Below are positions 37,901 to 50,319 of a stretch of DNA of 64,000 bases, one piece after another. This DNA is from Eukaryota sp. GEM-RC1 (lineage: Eukaryota): the NCBI GenBank assembly GCA_040285855.1, contig JAUFOQ010000003.1, positions 1,674,001 through 1,738,000 on the forward strand, given 5' to 3'. The translations under genes were made by a program, and so were the position numbers. How positions within the stretch are numbered: the stretch's first letter is position 1; each line of letters opens with the position of its first letter. The notes below the pieces were generated by a model that worked only from the letters and a program-made list of their open reading frames with translations, was not told the origin of the DNA and searched no databases.

Positions 37901-38301
37901 TAATGCTGAAGGTACTTGCTGGAGTGGAGCTTACGGGAGCTACAGCAAGGATTAGAGGAGCGGAGGGACTGCCGAGTTCCATTTTGGCAGAACGTTCAAC
38001 ATCTTCGAGCTTGGATGCTATTTCTGCCGGAAGATTGTTTCCATCATCAAAAGTTACATTCTGACATTAGACCGAGTGTGTATACAACATACAGTAGACA
38101 CGGAAAACCCAAAAGGTTAGTGTCAGAGGACAATAAGGATTGCATCAAAGTTGAAAGGAAACAAGAGAGAGAAATGATGAGACTGATCCCAAGTTGCCGT
38201 AGTTTTGATGAAGATTCTATTAATAGATCAAAAGAATAGGGAACGCCTCTAGTTTTGCTCTTAATCTTAGTTCTGGAGTCGCGACTGAGGTCCAAGTTTA
38301 G

Positions 38302-39031
38302 TAGGGTTGCATATGGATGACCATCCATCCACAATATCCATCCATCCATCATCCATCCATTATGGTCTTTCTTCATTCATGGATAGTCCATGGATGTTCT
38401 AACCTTATTTCTCTCGGCAATAGCAATACAGTGGATAAATTGGCTATAAGTTTATCAACAGACTTTTTCAATTATGATGTATAACTCTACAACATTTTTA
38501 TTCAATTTGATGCAAATACAACTTCTACAAAGTGTATAACATATACCGGTATTTGATTACCCATGTCTTCTCATTTCTAGGGCTTACTCAAAAGTCTTGT
38601 CTATATTGACATTGCTGGGCTCTGGCGTTTGTGTAAGACCGTGGCATTGTAGGAGCGTTTCGTCCTTCTTTGTCCTGTATTGATTTGCAAATTTTCAGAA
38701 ATTTTGCTTCTGGTAGTTTGTTTGAAATGAATAGGACTGTTTTTACCATAAAAACATCTATATTTAAACTAAACAAAAACCAATGAACAAAAACTATAAT
38801 TACACACTAATGTGTTTACCAACCAACTTAGAGTTCTATATATATAGTGATGAATAAATAATAGTTCTAGTTCAAAAAACACTTAGAGTTCTTTTGAGTT
38901 GTTAGAGTTGTGAATAGGACTTGTTATTTTAAATAGGAATTTGTAAGTGTATACTTCGTGAATGTATCAACCAAACTCTTCAGTCATCCATGGATCATTA
39001 GCGATGGATGATGGATGGATCGTGGACCCTG
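38302..39031. mobile_element. Probable hAT-type MITE with CATCCAT repeats
   Basis: TAGGGT...ACCCTG ends. CATCC arrays on the left and GGATG arrays on the right. No TSD seen. Confidence 0.6.
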
Positions 39032-39049
39032 GATCTATAAGGAAGTACT

Positions 39050-39400
39050 GGTAGGCAAGACCTTTTATATACATTGTAAATCATTTCTATTATTTTAGAA
39101 TGAAATTTCATTAAGACTGAATTCAATTAATTCGAAAACTAATTCAATCAAGTACTACTGCGAAATGTTCAATTCAGGAGGAGAGGAAGAAATACGGGAA
39201 CCATTTCAGTGAGTGATAAGGAGGAACATTTAAGAATTGACAGCTCATAAGACGGTGAATTAGCTACATCTTCATTAGGAAATCTTAATGTAAACTCAAA
39301 GAGAAAGTTTCGAATACCACCAAGAAAAGCACTTCGAGACAAAATACATGGACGATGAAACCCAACACCCCCTAAATTAATTGATTGAAAACATACTTGT
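39050..39400 (-). mobile_element. Non-LTR retrotransposon fragment from the post-RT (thumb) region
   Basis: SINLGGVGF..CILSRSAFLGGIRNFLFEF resembles the GGLG..AFLGS motif and the FVFEF stretch of the 51812 ORF. Confidence 0.5.
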
Positions 39401-39899
39401 TGATAACAACCAACTACAATTTGTGATCACACGTTATCACATAATCACAATAACAAAATGTGATAACTTACTATCACGTGTTATAACAAAGAGGATTTGT
39501 GATAACCGTTTATGAAATACCTACACTGCTATCAAGCACTTTTTTGAAATTCACCAAAAACTACACACAAAAACAAAACTACTGTACCTTTAGCAAATCA
39601 TCAGAGGGTGGTCACTGAAGACCGTACTCTGTTATCCTCACGTGTTCTGCGCACACGGTCTACTTGTGATCAATTGTCTATTCAACATCAATCTCTTCAA
39701 ATAGTCCCAACTGCTGCGTCAGATTCAATTTTTTGGGATTTTTTGAGGAATGTCCTTCAAGACGGATTTCAAAGGATTATTTTGATCATTAGGCAATATT
39801 GTTTGTGTTGTTTGGTGGCCAGTCTTCTTCAGTTGTGGAAGATGATTTTGAGTTAACTTAAAACTACAGTTTCGATACTAAACAAGTGATCCTACACGA

Positions 39900-40675
39900 A
39901 TACTTTTAAGTCACGTCATCGTCATCGTTACATGACTTTTGAAGTAGATATAGACATACTTTATTCCAAAAATTCTAATGGCAACAAATCTTCCCATGAG
40001 TTCAAACAGAGCTGTGATTGTACAGAATTGGAACTCAAACTAGTTCTTTTATCAGTAACTGTGAGATCTGCTTGTGTAAACAACCGTTCACATGGTACGG
40101 ATGTTGCTTGGATGCACAAAAAGTCACAAGCCATGATCTCAAGCACACGGAATGTGCTTCCCAATCAGACATAAACGTTTATACTTCTCAAATGTTTTAA
40201 TCATTGTTTTGACTGCGATCATTAAAAATGTGGAATTCCATCTTGTAAACATCTGATCTCTATCAACTATCCGTACTGATTCGACGTTCAATTCTTCGGC
40301 CACATTCTTCAACTGTTGCTGCAAATAATAAGACCTCTTCATTACGAATATGAACTCCCAATATATGAGTTGCAAACACTGAGAAGCTTGATAAACGCAT
40401 TTATGTATTAATTTGAAGTAAGACTGATTTTATTATCTTCTAGTGATTAAAATATGAGTCACACAATGATACCTATCTTTTTTATAAATGAGAAGGAGAA
40501 AAGTAGCACCCAGGTGTAGCAAATAACCCATAATCAAACACCAAAAGAGTATACATACACAGATTCAAAAGTCACGACGACGTCATGACGTCGTTACCAA
40601 AACCCAAGTCGACGTGACTTCAAGTCGCGTCACGTCATGAAAAGTCATGACTCGTCACGTCGTTTGCCAACTCTA
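39900..40675 (-). mobile_element. hAT transposon remnant
   Basis: TRWNSTFLMI. C-terminal dimerisation domain DFLCIQATSVPCERLFTQA...RTSLS. End TAGAGTTGGCAAAC with GTCACGTC/GTCATGAC arrays. Confidence 0.88.
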
Positions 40676-41655
40676 ATCTCAACAGTGTCTCAACGAAAAA
40701 TTAATATTTTTTGTGACTTACACATATCATGAATTTGATCTCTGACAGCTTCAGAGTTAAAGCTTCTTGTTAATTGTCTAAGAGCACTACACTAAGCCTA
40801 AACAGTACAAAAAATAAAACTCAACTGCATTTTGAAAAACATCATGAGTTCTGATGAAGATGAACGTGATTGGGAGAAAATTTAATAACGGATCTTTGAC
40901 ATTCGTTAAGTACATCGTCGGAAGTTTTTTCCTGGTACATGATTTGGGGCCACTATTTTGCGAATGAGATTAAAATGATAAGAAACAAAACTGTACTTCT
41001 TTTTAGAATTTGTAATCAACTTTTCCTAGAAGTATTATCCGGTTTGCGAAAAATAGATGTAGTTTATCAGAAGTCATCCACATGTCCATCACACGATGTC
41101 TGTCATGTGCTTTTCGTGTATCCATTCAAAGAGACCAATCCTTAAATTGACTCGTTTTGCATGAAAATCAAAGGTCACTAAAATCAAAGCATTACAACAA
41201 CTACACTTAATTATGAAAAACGTTTACTTAGTTCTTCTTCTGTTGCTGTTGCATAAATTGGCCGTCATTAACTGTGCTTACTGACAACTGTGTTACAATT
41301 TAGCAAGGACTTAGACGTATTGCTCAAACAACAATGTACCAACATTTTTGAAAGTGTAAGAATGAAGCATTCTTATGTAAGAAACCATAAACTCTATCCA
41401 AATACCGGTGGTACTTGGGTACTCATATATAACATCAACCATTAATAATTTGCAAAGGGGGAAGTGTTGTTCCGACAATCGATCTGTGTCTGATTGTTGA
41501 ACCACTATATCACATCACTCATTTACTAGTAATTGTACTTTCCATGTGCAACCTTGTTCATTAAGAGACCTAGATACTTGATCGTGTCACTCTTGCCTGA
41601 TTAGAGATATCTGGTTTTAAATCTAAAGATCCACATTTGAACTACTAACTCAAAC

Positions 41656-41964
41656 ATGTCATCATCACTACCGCTGCACTTTCGAAGACCAAGCAGGAAA
41701 ACCCGTCTGAAACGTGAAACCGAAGAAAACCGCCTCAAAGAGAATCGACGTCTTCGCTGCCGATTATTACAGTTGTCACCTGAAATTCCGAAACCAGACG
41801 CTCAAATGGTTTATGTGAGTCACTTCAATCATAACAGGACAAAAAGCCAACAAGCAATTTCTCAAGAAAACAGAAGAATCCAAAAGTCGTTGCAGTCAAT
41901 ACAATCAAAATACAGCCAACACAATCTATCATTAAGCTGTACTAGAACGACCTGCTTGAGATGA
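41656..41964 (+). CDS. Small basic protein, CFAP97/KIAA1430-domain-like
   Basis: Two xxENxxLxxxL helices (KENRRLRCRL and ISQENRRIQKSLQSIQSKYS). Confidence 0.5.
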   Translation: MSSSLPLHFRRPSRKTRLKRETEENRLKENRRLRCRLLQLSPEIPKPDAQMVYVSHFNHNRTKSQQAISQENRRIQKSLQSIQSKYSQHNLSLSCTRTTCLR

Positions 41965-42065
41965 TGTGTGGAAGGTCGGTGTGTGACGTGAACATAGGTA
42001 GATCTAGATATTATTAACATAAAGAGTTGAATTCGTACGAATTTGATTTATAAAGAACATACAAG

Positions 42066-43940
42066 CTATTTTCCATCCAAAGCTAATTGAACATCATCAA
42101 CTGCAGAATTTGAAATTTGACGAAGAGAAAACTTCTCATTTAAAATCTTCAGTGCGTCAGGAGAAAGAAAAGCTGGGAGCCTTGGTCCTAATCTAATGTT
42201 CTGAACTCCCAAATGTAGTAAAGTAAGCAAAATAGCAACAGCTTTCTGCTCAAACCAAGAGACAAAATACGAAATAGGAAGGTCATTGAGCCCTACTCCA
42301 AGTTGATTGGCAAGATGAGCAACAAGAGTAATGGCAGAGAACGTATCATTACACTGACCGGCAATCAGCAATCTAGGAAAATCAGTTCCAGGAAGAGTGC
42401 CAAAGTCCTGGTGACAAACGTACCTGTAGATGCCACACCTAAGGTTAGGTTAGATTAGTATGTCATACGCGCTGCCAATGACAATACAGTCAGGAAGATT
42501 CTTATTAACGTATTCAGCAACCTCTGAGAAGTAATTTCGACCTGGAAAAGAGCCGTCACAGCCACCAACAAAGAAGACTCGTCTTAGTTTACCAGCTTTA
42601 ACCAACTCGATAATGGCATCAGATAAAGCGGTTGTAGTTCTCCAATTAGCTCCAATAATTTGATCAGGAAGGAAACCCTCGAACAGTGGAGGTCCATCTG
42701 AGGCAAACCCAGGCATGTCCTGAGCTTTCTTAATAACTGGAGTCCAATCTTTCTCAGGATAGTTATCAGGCAAGTAATCAATATGGGGGACACCTTCCAC
42801 TCCAACCAAGTTACAGGTAAACATTCGATCCTTGTAAGTCTCTCTGGGAGGCATTATACAATTAGTGTTCAAAACAATGGAACCTGGGAACAAGCTGAAC
42901 TCTTTCCGTTGGTTTTGCCAAGCACTACCAAAGTTTCCAACAAGGTGAGAGAACTTTCTTAATTCGGGATAGGCGTTTGAAATCAACATCTCTCCGTGAG
43001 TGTAAACGTTTACACCAGATCCTTCTGTAGCTTTAAGAATAGAGTGAAGATCATGAAGGTCGTGGCCAGACATCAATAAGCACTTTCCATTACGAACACC
43101 AAAGTTTACACGGGTTAGGGTAGGAGTTCCGTAAGCAGACGTATTAGCCGGATCGAGACGTTCCATTGTATCAAGGTTCATTCGGCCAACCTCCATAGCA
43201 AGAGCAAGCAGATCTGCATTGGGTTTTAGCATTTCGGTTAAGACTGTTACGATAGCTTTTCCATCGTTGGAGATATCACCTCCCAGAATATCAACATGGG
43301 AAGCATAAGCAGAAAGACCTTTGAGACCATAAATGGAGATTTCCTGAAGACCCGTTACAGTTGCTCCTTGAGTTTTGAGACGTTGAAAAATTCCAAACTG
43401 ACGACCTTGTTGTTCTAATTCTCCAGTTGTTTTAGCTGGGACCCATGACTTCAAACTGAGCTTGTTTGCAATGCCAAACTCTGCAGGATATTCGAAGGGT
43501 TCAAGATTTAACTGTTTCAACATTTGCTTGGCTTCTTCTGAACACACGTAAATGTCATTGATATGTTTAGCAACACGAGAGTGATCGAAATTGACATTAG
43601 TGAGGGTTAGAAAGAAAGCATTAACAAGCGCAAGGGTCCAAGATTTTGGTATTGCTCCTTGAAGATCCAGGATTGGTCGGGCGTGGATAGCCCTAAGATT
43701 AGGTTCAGTAACTAGTAAACATACAAGTGAAACGCCCCAGCATGAATGTTGTCGAACAAAGCACTTTGAACATCGTCTTTAGAACAAACACCTCTCTTGG
43801 TAAAGCAACCCTTTTCAGCGTTTTTCCCAGACCCTAGTGTTAGTTCACAATCATTATAACGTACCAGATTGTTCGCATTGGTAGCAGAACATGGGGGGTT
43901 CAACATTGATGGTTTCCAAGTCTTCCTGAGATAGAACCAT
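42066..43940 (-). CDS. hcp: Hybrid-cluster protein (hydroxylamine/NO reductase, prismane); introns 43834-43864, 43693-43724, 42439-42468
   Basis: Spliced protein has MFCYQCEQ..GC..GVCSK, TLTNVNFD, YGLKG, SGHDL, YTHGEM, AWQNQ, TNC, GGCDG, CG, GQCND and SWFEQKA. Confidence 0.95.
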
Positions 43941-45204
43941 GTATGGTTATGAGTTTTAGTGGAAATGCTGATCAGTGTTCACTACTTACAGAGATGTCTA
44001 CAGTGTCTTGTCAGTATGACGTTTTTCTACTCCCTTCTGATTTGGTGTTTTAACTAGTATCAGTCCCTGTAAACAGAATATGTACTTTGCACTGCTTGCA
44101 ACACAGTGTTCGGTAGTTGTGTGAAGTGTAAGTCATGCCAATGTTCATTACAGAGCAATGTTTGTAGATGGTTGGTACGTACAATACAGATTGGTAGAAA
44201 GTTTCAGGACGTTCCGAAAGAATCTAAAGGAGATGACTTTGTATACTGCAATTAATTAATCAACTCATACTAATTTGGATTACAACGTGATTTTTTTTTA
44301 GTAGACACTTCTGTTTCCAACGCATCTCACTTGGGAGCATAGCTGAAAAATACAAATTAGTGTATTTTTGTATTTTCACTTAATTTTTGTATTTTTGTTT
44401 TTTTGGACTGAAATGGGTGGGCTATCGTTCTTTGTCACTCTGAAGGTGATAGCCAAACATACGGATGTTCTTTGTAACATTAAAACAAACAATGGTGCGT
44501 ACTTTGTCCTGAATTTGGTTTTCAATGGTTTCCTACATGCATTAGAATGACCACTATTTATAGAGATTGTACTTTTTTCAATTTTTTCAGTTTTGTTGTC
44601 AAGTTATACGGTCTTTTTCGGTACTTAGACTGAGGCAGACATCGATACATGTTTTTTTTGGGGAGTACTTGACACCTGTGATTGATTTGTTGTGACTATC
44701 GATGAGATTATCAAATATTTACAATCATTCATCTACTTCTACACCCCTGATCTACTTGTTCTTCTATCAGGACGAATAAATGAGACCCAGTGTATCTTTG
44801 GATATTGCACTGGTAACAATGTATAGACTCAGTGGAAAATACATTTCACTGGGACGGATTTATGTGGTACTTCATTTTCAACCTTTTGGAGGCTGATTTC
44901 GTCAGAAATAGATTAGTGCCAGTTAGACGAAGTGCTGTGGGCAATGCACAATGTACAACATGGAAATGTAGTGTTCCAAGATGAGGAAGAATCACTTCTT
45001 AATGTGGTAACAGCATCATCAATAGTCCCACATTTCAAAATAGCTAATTGGGATAAATTCTACTACAGTACATGTGTTGAAGTTTTACTGTGTTCTGATA
45101 ATTGATTGTTGACTACTTGTATTTTTGCATTTTCGTGTGTATTTTTCAATTATTTTATTATATTATTTTTGTTTTCTTAGAACACCTGTTGCTTGTACTG
45201 TAAT

Positions 45205-45290
45205 AAGTGCAACATTCGATTACTCGAATCTCCCGATAGCTCGTACAAAATGTTGGGTCCCTAGTCGTACGAGTTATCGAGAGTTGACTG
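45205..45290. mobile_element. Tiny degenerate pogo/Tc1-like MITE
   Basis: Right TIR (reverse complement) CAGTCAACTCTCGATAACTCG, followed by TA. Decayed left copy AGTGCAACATTCGATTACTCG. Confidence 0.55.
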
Positions 45291-45365
45291 TATTTGACAG
45301 TTATGCATGGGAGACATTATGAAGGTATGTATTTAGGTTCTAGTTACAACAATTTGCAACATGCA

Positions 45366-48300
45366 ATGGCCACACTAACTGTTGCCTTCCTAATCATCGT
45401 CCTTAGTCTTTCATGTACAGCTACTGACTTCAGTGTCTCCTTCTTCACTGAACATTCAGTTGATGATGTCTACTCACATACTGAGTTTATCCTCTCAATC
45501 TACCCCAAATCTTCAGATTCATTTTTCCAAGTCTGTTGGGGTGATGACTCTGCTTCGAAATGTTCCTCTGAAACAACATATACCCATAACTACTTAAATT
45601 CTGGGACTTTCACCATCACTATCTACTCCTCCAACGACCAGTCTTCTTGTCGTCTCAATCTAGACCAAAGCCTTGGTTCTTTCAAAACTCGTACCATTAC
45701 CGTTCTTGATTCCTTCTCCTGCTACGACTTCACTCTCTTACAGGACGGTTCTACTACACCTCCCTTCCTTAACCTCTCATCAGAATCCTCTCTCTTTGAA
45801 CTCAAGGTCTTTTCTGAGTCTACTGATCTCTCCTCCGTCTACGCTCACCTAGGAGAATCTCTTCAAGTCACATCCTCTTTGAACATTGTCACTTCCATTT
45901 CCCCTTACAATGCATCCACCAACAGCTGGTGGCTCTCCATTGATCCTATTCCTTACCCCACCATGAACCACTTCACAAATGACCAGAGACTTAATGCCAA
46001 TATTCCTAGAGTAATTGATTTAATTCGATATTTCTCAATAACTGTGTCTTCTACTGGTATTAAGTATCATAAATGTGTCGTTAGGGATCTTTTGATTGAG
46101 GGTCTGATTGATGATGATTATGTTGATTACGATTTTGATTTTCTTGGTGATGTTGTTGATTCTGAACAGTCTTTTGGAACAAAATTGGAAACAATCTGTT
46201 CTGATTGCAATCCACTTGTTTGCTTGAGCTACTTTGTTGATGATGATAGCAGCTCTAAATTCCACGTATTTCCAACTTTTTCTGGCTACAGAGGTCAAAA
46301 ATCACCAGTTATTGATATTTCGAGGTCAAAATCAGTATTAACCGGTCAAAATTCTGATGTGATTGATGACGTCACTTCACTGTGCAATACGTTTACCCAA
46401 CAACAATGTAAAAATATGAAAATTTTCAAATATTCTATCATGAACGGTCTCAACAGATTCTTCATTAATACTAACTACGGACCAATCGTTGCGTCCAGAT
46501 CTAACGTCACCAGGTCAAAAATCAATTTTAATCCTATCAAAGACCTATCAGATGAAAGAATTCAAGAGGGACTTGTGTTTTCTTTCTCTGAATACCATGT
46601 TGTTAATGGTTTTGGTTGTTCACCGAGTGGTTTTGTTGATTTCCAACGTTATACTTTCTATACTTCATATAACAATCCTGAATCAGGTGACGTTCTTTCC
46701 TATACCACAAGTGATCTCTTCTCTGATTGGTCTGTGATGTCGATCCCCTTTGGTATCAGAGTCGGACCTTTTGATACGAGTGCTAGAATCGTGATTGATG
46801 TGTTAAGAATTCCTACCATTGGTTATACTTTGATTGTTCTTGGAGATCAATATCATCAGAAAGTCGACATTGTTTATAATTTTGATGACTTTAGAGAAGG
46901 TGAGCCCGATTACGAGTTTCGACCGTCATCAAAGTCTCAATTTGATCCCTCTTCTGGGTGGTTCACGTCAGTCTTTCAGTTTCCTCAATCAGAAGTGATT
47001 GATTGGATAAAAGTCGATAAGAAGGGATCAGTGATTTATGCTGTCGGTCAATCACTTTGGGTTGCTGTCATTAATTCTGATAGTCTGTTGTTTTCAAAGG
47101 TTGTTGCCTTTCAAGGCAATGAGTCGGTCGTTGATTTTGAGCTGTGTGGTTCTTACTTCCTGATTCGAACCAATCAATTACGATTGTATTATGGAAACAT
47201 TGGAGGTGAACATGCTTCGTCCATCGATGTTCCTCCTTTTATATCAATTCTGGTGGTAATTTAGAATTTTTCAATTTTATCTTTGATGAACAGTGTGAAA
47301 TCAGTGTCGTTTCTTTTCTTTTTCAAATTCTACCTCATTTACTGCAAATTCTGTTAAATATTTAAAATCTCATTTATTGTCCTCTTTCTTTCTTCCGCCC
47401 TCTAATTCTTTTACGCCTACTACAATGTCAAGTCAATCATGGCTGACTCTCAATCATCAATCAATCAGTAATGGTTGGTTTCTATCACGTTTACAATCAG
47501 GAATGGTGTTTTCACTTGGTCAAGCAATAAATGGTCGGGTTATTGATATCAATTTACAATCAGTTTTGATTGAATGGCCCATGCAAATTCCCGAGTTTCC
47601 TTTATTCCCATGTGCAATCAAAATTGATTTTAATGGTAACGTCTACACTAATTCCAGAGGATCGCTTGCTTCAGATCAAGGATCTGAAATCTTCTTTGAA
47701 GTTGATGCTACCTGTGATCCTTTTACTTTGAGTGATTTAGATAAATCAGTCATTTTTCAAGATTCAACTGGGAAGCTTCCAAAACTGTTCTTTTCTGGTT
47801 CTTTTTGATTACGGAAGTTGTCAATTCGAGAAAATTAAAAGTTTTGGTTGTTTCTGACCTGGTGACGTCATCAGATGAGATTCCTGCGTATTCCAGCTTA
47901 ATCATGGATTTAAGACCTGTTGACGTTTACAGACCAGGAGTTGGTCAATCACTTTCATGTTCGGAACTTTCATCATTTTTGATTGATTGTTCTATGAATG
48001 GTGGAGACTTTCTTTTTCTGATAATTTTGTGGGAATGTTTTTCTTTATTAATGAAAAGATTGTTGGAAGTATTGAATCAGTGACGAATTCACTTTCCTTT
48101 ACAGTTCGATTGATTAAGCAACAATCAATTACGACTGTAGATTTCCAAGATTGGTCGCTTTCTCAGTTGTTTTCGTCTGCACAAAGTCATTTTGAACCTT
48201 CCTACGTCAACAGATTCATTCTGTCACCATGTGTTTTCTCAGATTTGAAGGTTTGTCCGATTCCCATGGTTTTTGATCGGAAAGAATCCATCTCTATCAG

Positions 48301-49306
48301 TTATCAACTGTCATCACGACAGATTGATTACGTTGCCGAAACCAATTTAGGAAGGTTGCCCTCGATGATTTACATCACTTTGTCCTCTCAAAACAGAGTT
48401 TTTGTAGATTATTCGAAAGTAATCGATGAACAATCTTATCCCTCAAAATTTTCCAAAGAAATTCAAATTTCTGATAATGACATTGGTGGTCCTTTTTCAC
48501 TTATACTTTTCCCTCAAGTACCATCACTTTCCTGTAAATTCTCTCCAATTGTTCCAGCTTCACTGATTGTCGGCTGCTCCCCATTTAGGAAAGTAGTCAT
48601 CAATCACGACATTGATTTGATCTCTTCTATCGACGATGAGTTCATCATGGAGCCTCTCCCAATCAATTACAGACCTCCCAGTCGTTTTGGAAAAGGAATT
48701 CCAATCAGTGACAACATCTACAATGCAGATCCTTCTCAAGACATGTATTTCAACATTGATGGTCGTTCAAAGTCTACTGGAAGCTACAAACAGTGTGAGG
48801 AGTCGCCAGAATTGGAAAGATGTGGATGTTCTGAGAAATCAAGAGTATCACAGTATGAGATTGAAACTGATTGCATTACGCACGTTTACAGGGTTTTCTA
48901 TTCTGATGGGTTCTCACTTTCTTTTTCTGTTTTGGAAGGTGATGATGAATTGAGATCAATCGACGACAAGTTTTATCTTCATGAACTTAACGATCGCCGG
49001 GATTACTGTTTCGCCAGTGACACGTCATCAATTGATTGTACAAATTTCGACGAAGTTTCCGATTTCCTAATGTCCACCAACGACACAATCATCTTTGCTG
49101 GTGATGAGCTCTACCATTTCAGAGCTACGTTTGTTTCTGAATCTCTTTGTAATTACCAAACTGACTTTGTTTTCTGGGTGTTCGAACCTCCTGCACAACA
49201 GACAATAGTGTGGGCAACTATTAGTATAACCTCAATTACTTTAGGAATTGTACTGTTTGTATTGTACTTTGTGTTTTTCAAAGTGTCTGGGCGTCGTTTT
49301 GAATAA
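45366..49306 (+). CDS. CATSPERB: CatSper auxiliary subunit beta-like protein with an N-terminal PKD-like domain; frameshifts near 47240-47380, 47800 and 47990
   Basis: Signal peptide. WGDD..HNY..SGTFTITI (PKD-like). VGCSP, LPINYRPPS..GIPISDNIYNADPS, SKSTGSYKQC..CGC, GDELYHFR and a C-terminal TM. Confidence 0.8.
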
Positions 49307-49437
49307 TTTACAAAATACTAATTTTAGAATTATTTACAATTTTATGCTATTTACAGAATTTAAAAACACCAAAAAAGGTGTTCACTTACTGATCAATATT
49401 TCCAAAATATTTGAATAATCCCATGGCAATACTCTAA

Positions 49438-50239
49438 CTATTGAATACAACAACAACCCGCTTCTGCAGAATTTTCTTGACCATAATTGTACGGTGGACG
49501 CTGTGCCACGTGGCGTTCTGAATTAAAGTGTTTGTCTGTGACGAAAGAATTATCTCCAGAAGCAAAATCTAATTTTTCCCATTTAAAAGATGAATCTATA
49601 AATCCCTCATCTGACAATAAATTATATACATTGTTTTTGTAATTAAAAATAACCGAAAAATGATTATTCCGAAATAGAATCGCTAAAGACTTGTCATTTA
49701 GCTGCGAGGACAATTGTAAAAGTCCATATGACGTCAATTGAGACGAGGTCTCAGTTAAAAACTCCTCCAAGAACAACGTCACTGTCGGAAATGGACTTTT
49801 CAACAGCTACATTGTAAGTTAAAGATCTGTAGTTGTTCAGAACCTCATCTTCTGGATCGATTAACCATCCATGTACCAGAGGAATCTTCAAAACGTCGAA
49901 GACAGTAAGTTCTTGACAGAACTCAAAGGAAAAGATGGAGTGAAAGCCTGGATTTACATCGAGTCCAACGCTAAGGGAAGGAAGTAGGTTAAGAGCTTCT
50001 TCAAGTTGATGGGCTTCATTTTCATCATTTGGTTTGACACGATCAATGCGGGAGGCTATGAGTTCAATAAGATATGTGTGAGTTACTGTCTTGAAGTTAT
50101 CTGGAACAATGTTGATTTTGGACGTTAGAGATAGATAATTGCACAGAGCCAGCAGAGGACATGGCCCGTTTTCATTCTGAAACACAATTGTGCGAGATTT
50201 GTCACAAAACGAGATAGTTTTTGTCCGGTAAGTTGACAT
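49438..50239 (-). CDS. MINDY-1/2-family deubiquitinase; one frameshift at ~49770
   Basis: QNENGPCPLLALCN, GLDVNP, LVHGWLIDP, SQLTSYGL, FRNNHFS, and a C-terminal CaaX-like CCIQ. Confidence 0.9.
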
Positions 50240-50319
50240 TTGTTTCAACAAATTGGATATCCTATTTTCAACATTGGTATGTTGTCAGATATCTCCTTTG
50301 AAGATTCTTCCAAGATCGT

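Larger units (their letters stand above)
33582..38067 (-). pseudogene. BspA-like (LRR_5/TpLRR) single-pass membrane protein gene, interrupted by a MITE and a LINE, with frameshifts
   Basis: More than 20 repeats of IPxSVxxIGxxAFxxNxLxxL. TM segment at ~35770-35830. Removing the MITE plus one TSD rejoins the ORFs in frame (QVRID|VVSVACVGTHEP). Assignment of the part upstream of the LINE is inferred. Confidence 0.75.

Noticed and set aside
43712..43906. HCP apparently missing its first Fe-S cysteine (RYNDCELT)
   Set aside because: That peptide is translated intron. The spliced gene has the canonical MFCYQCEQ.
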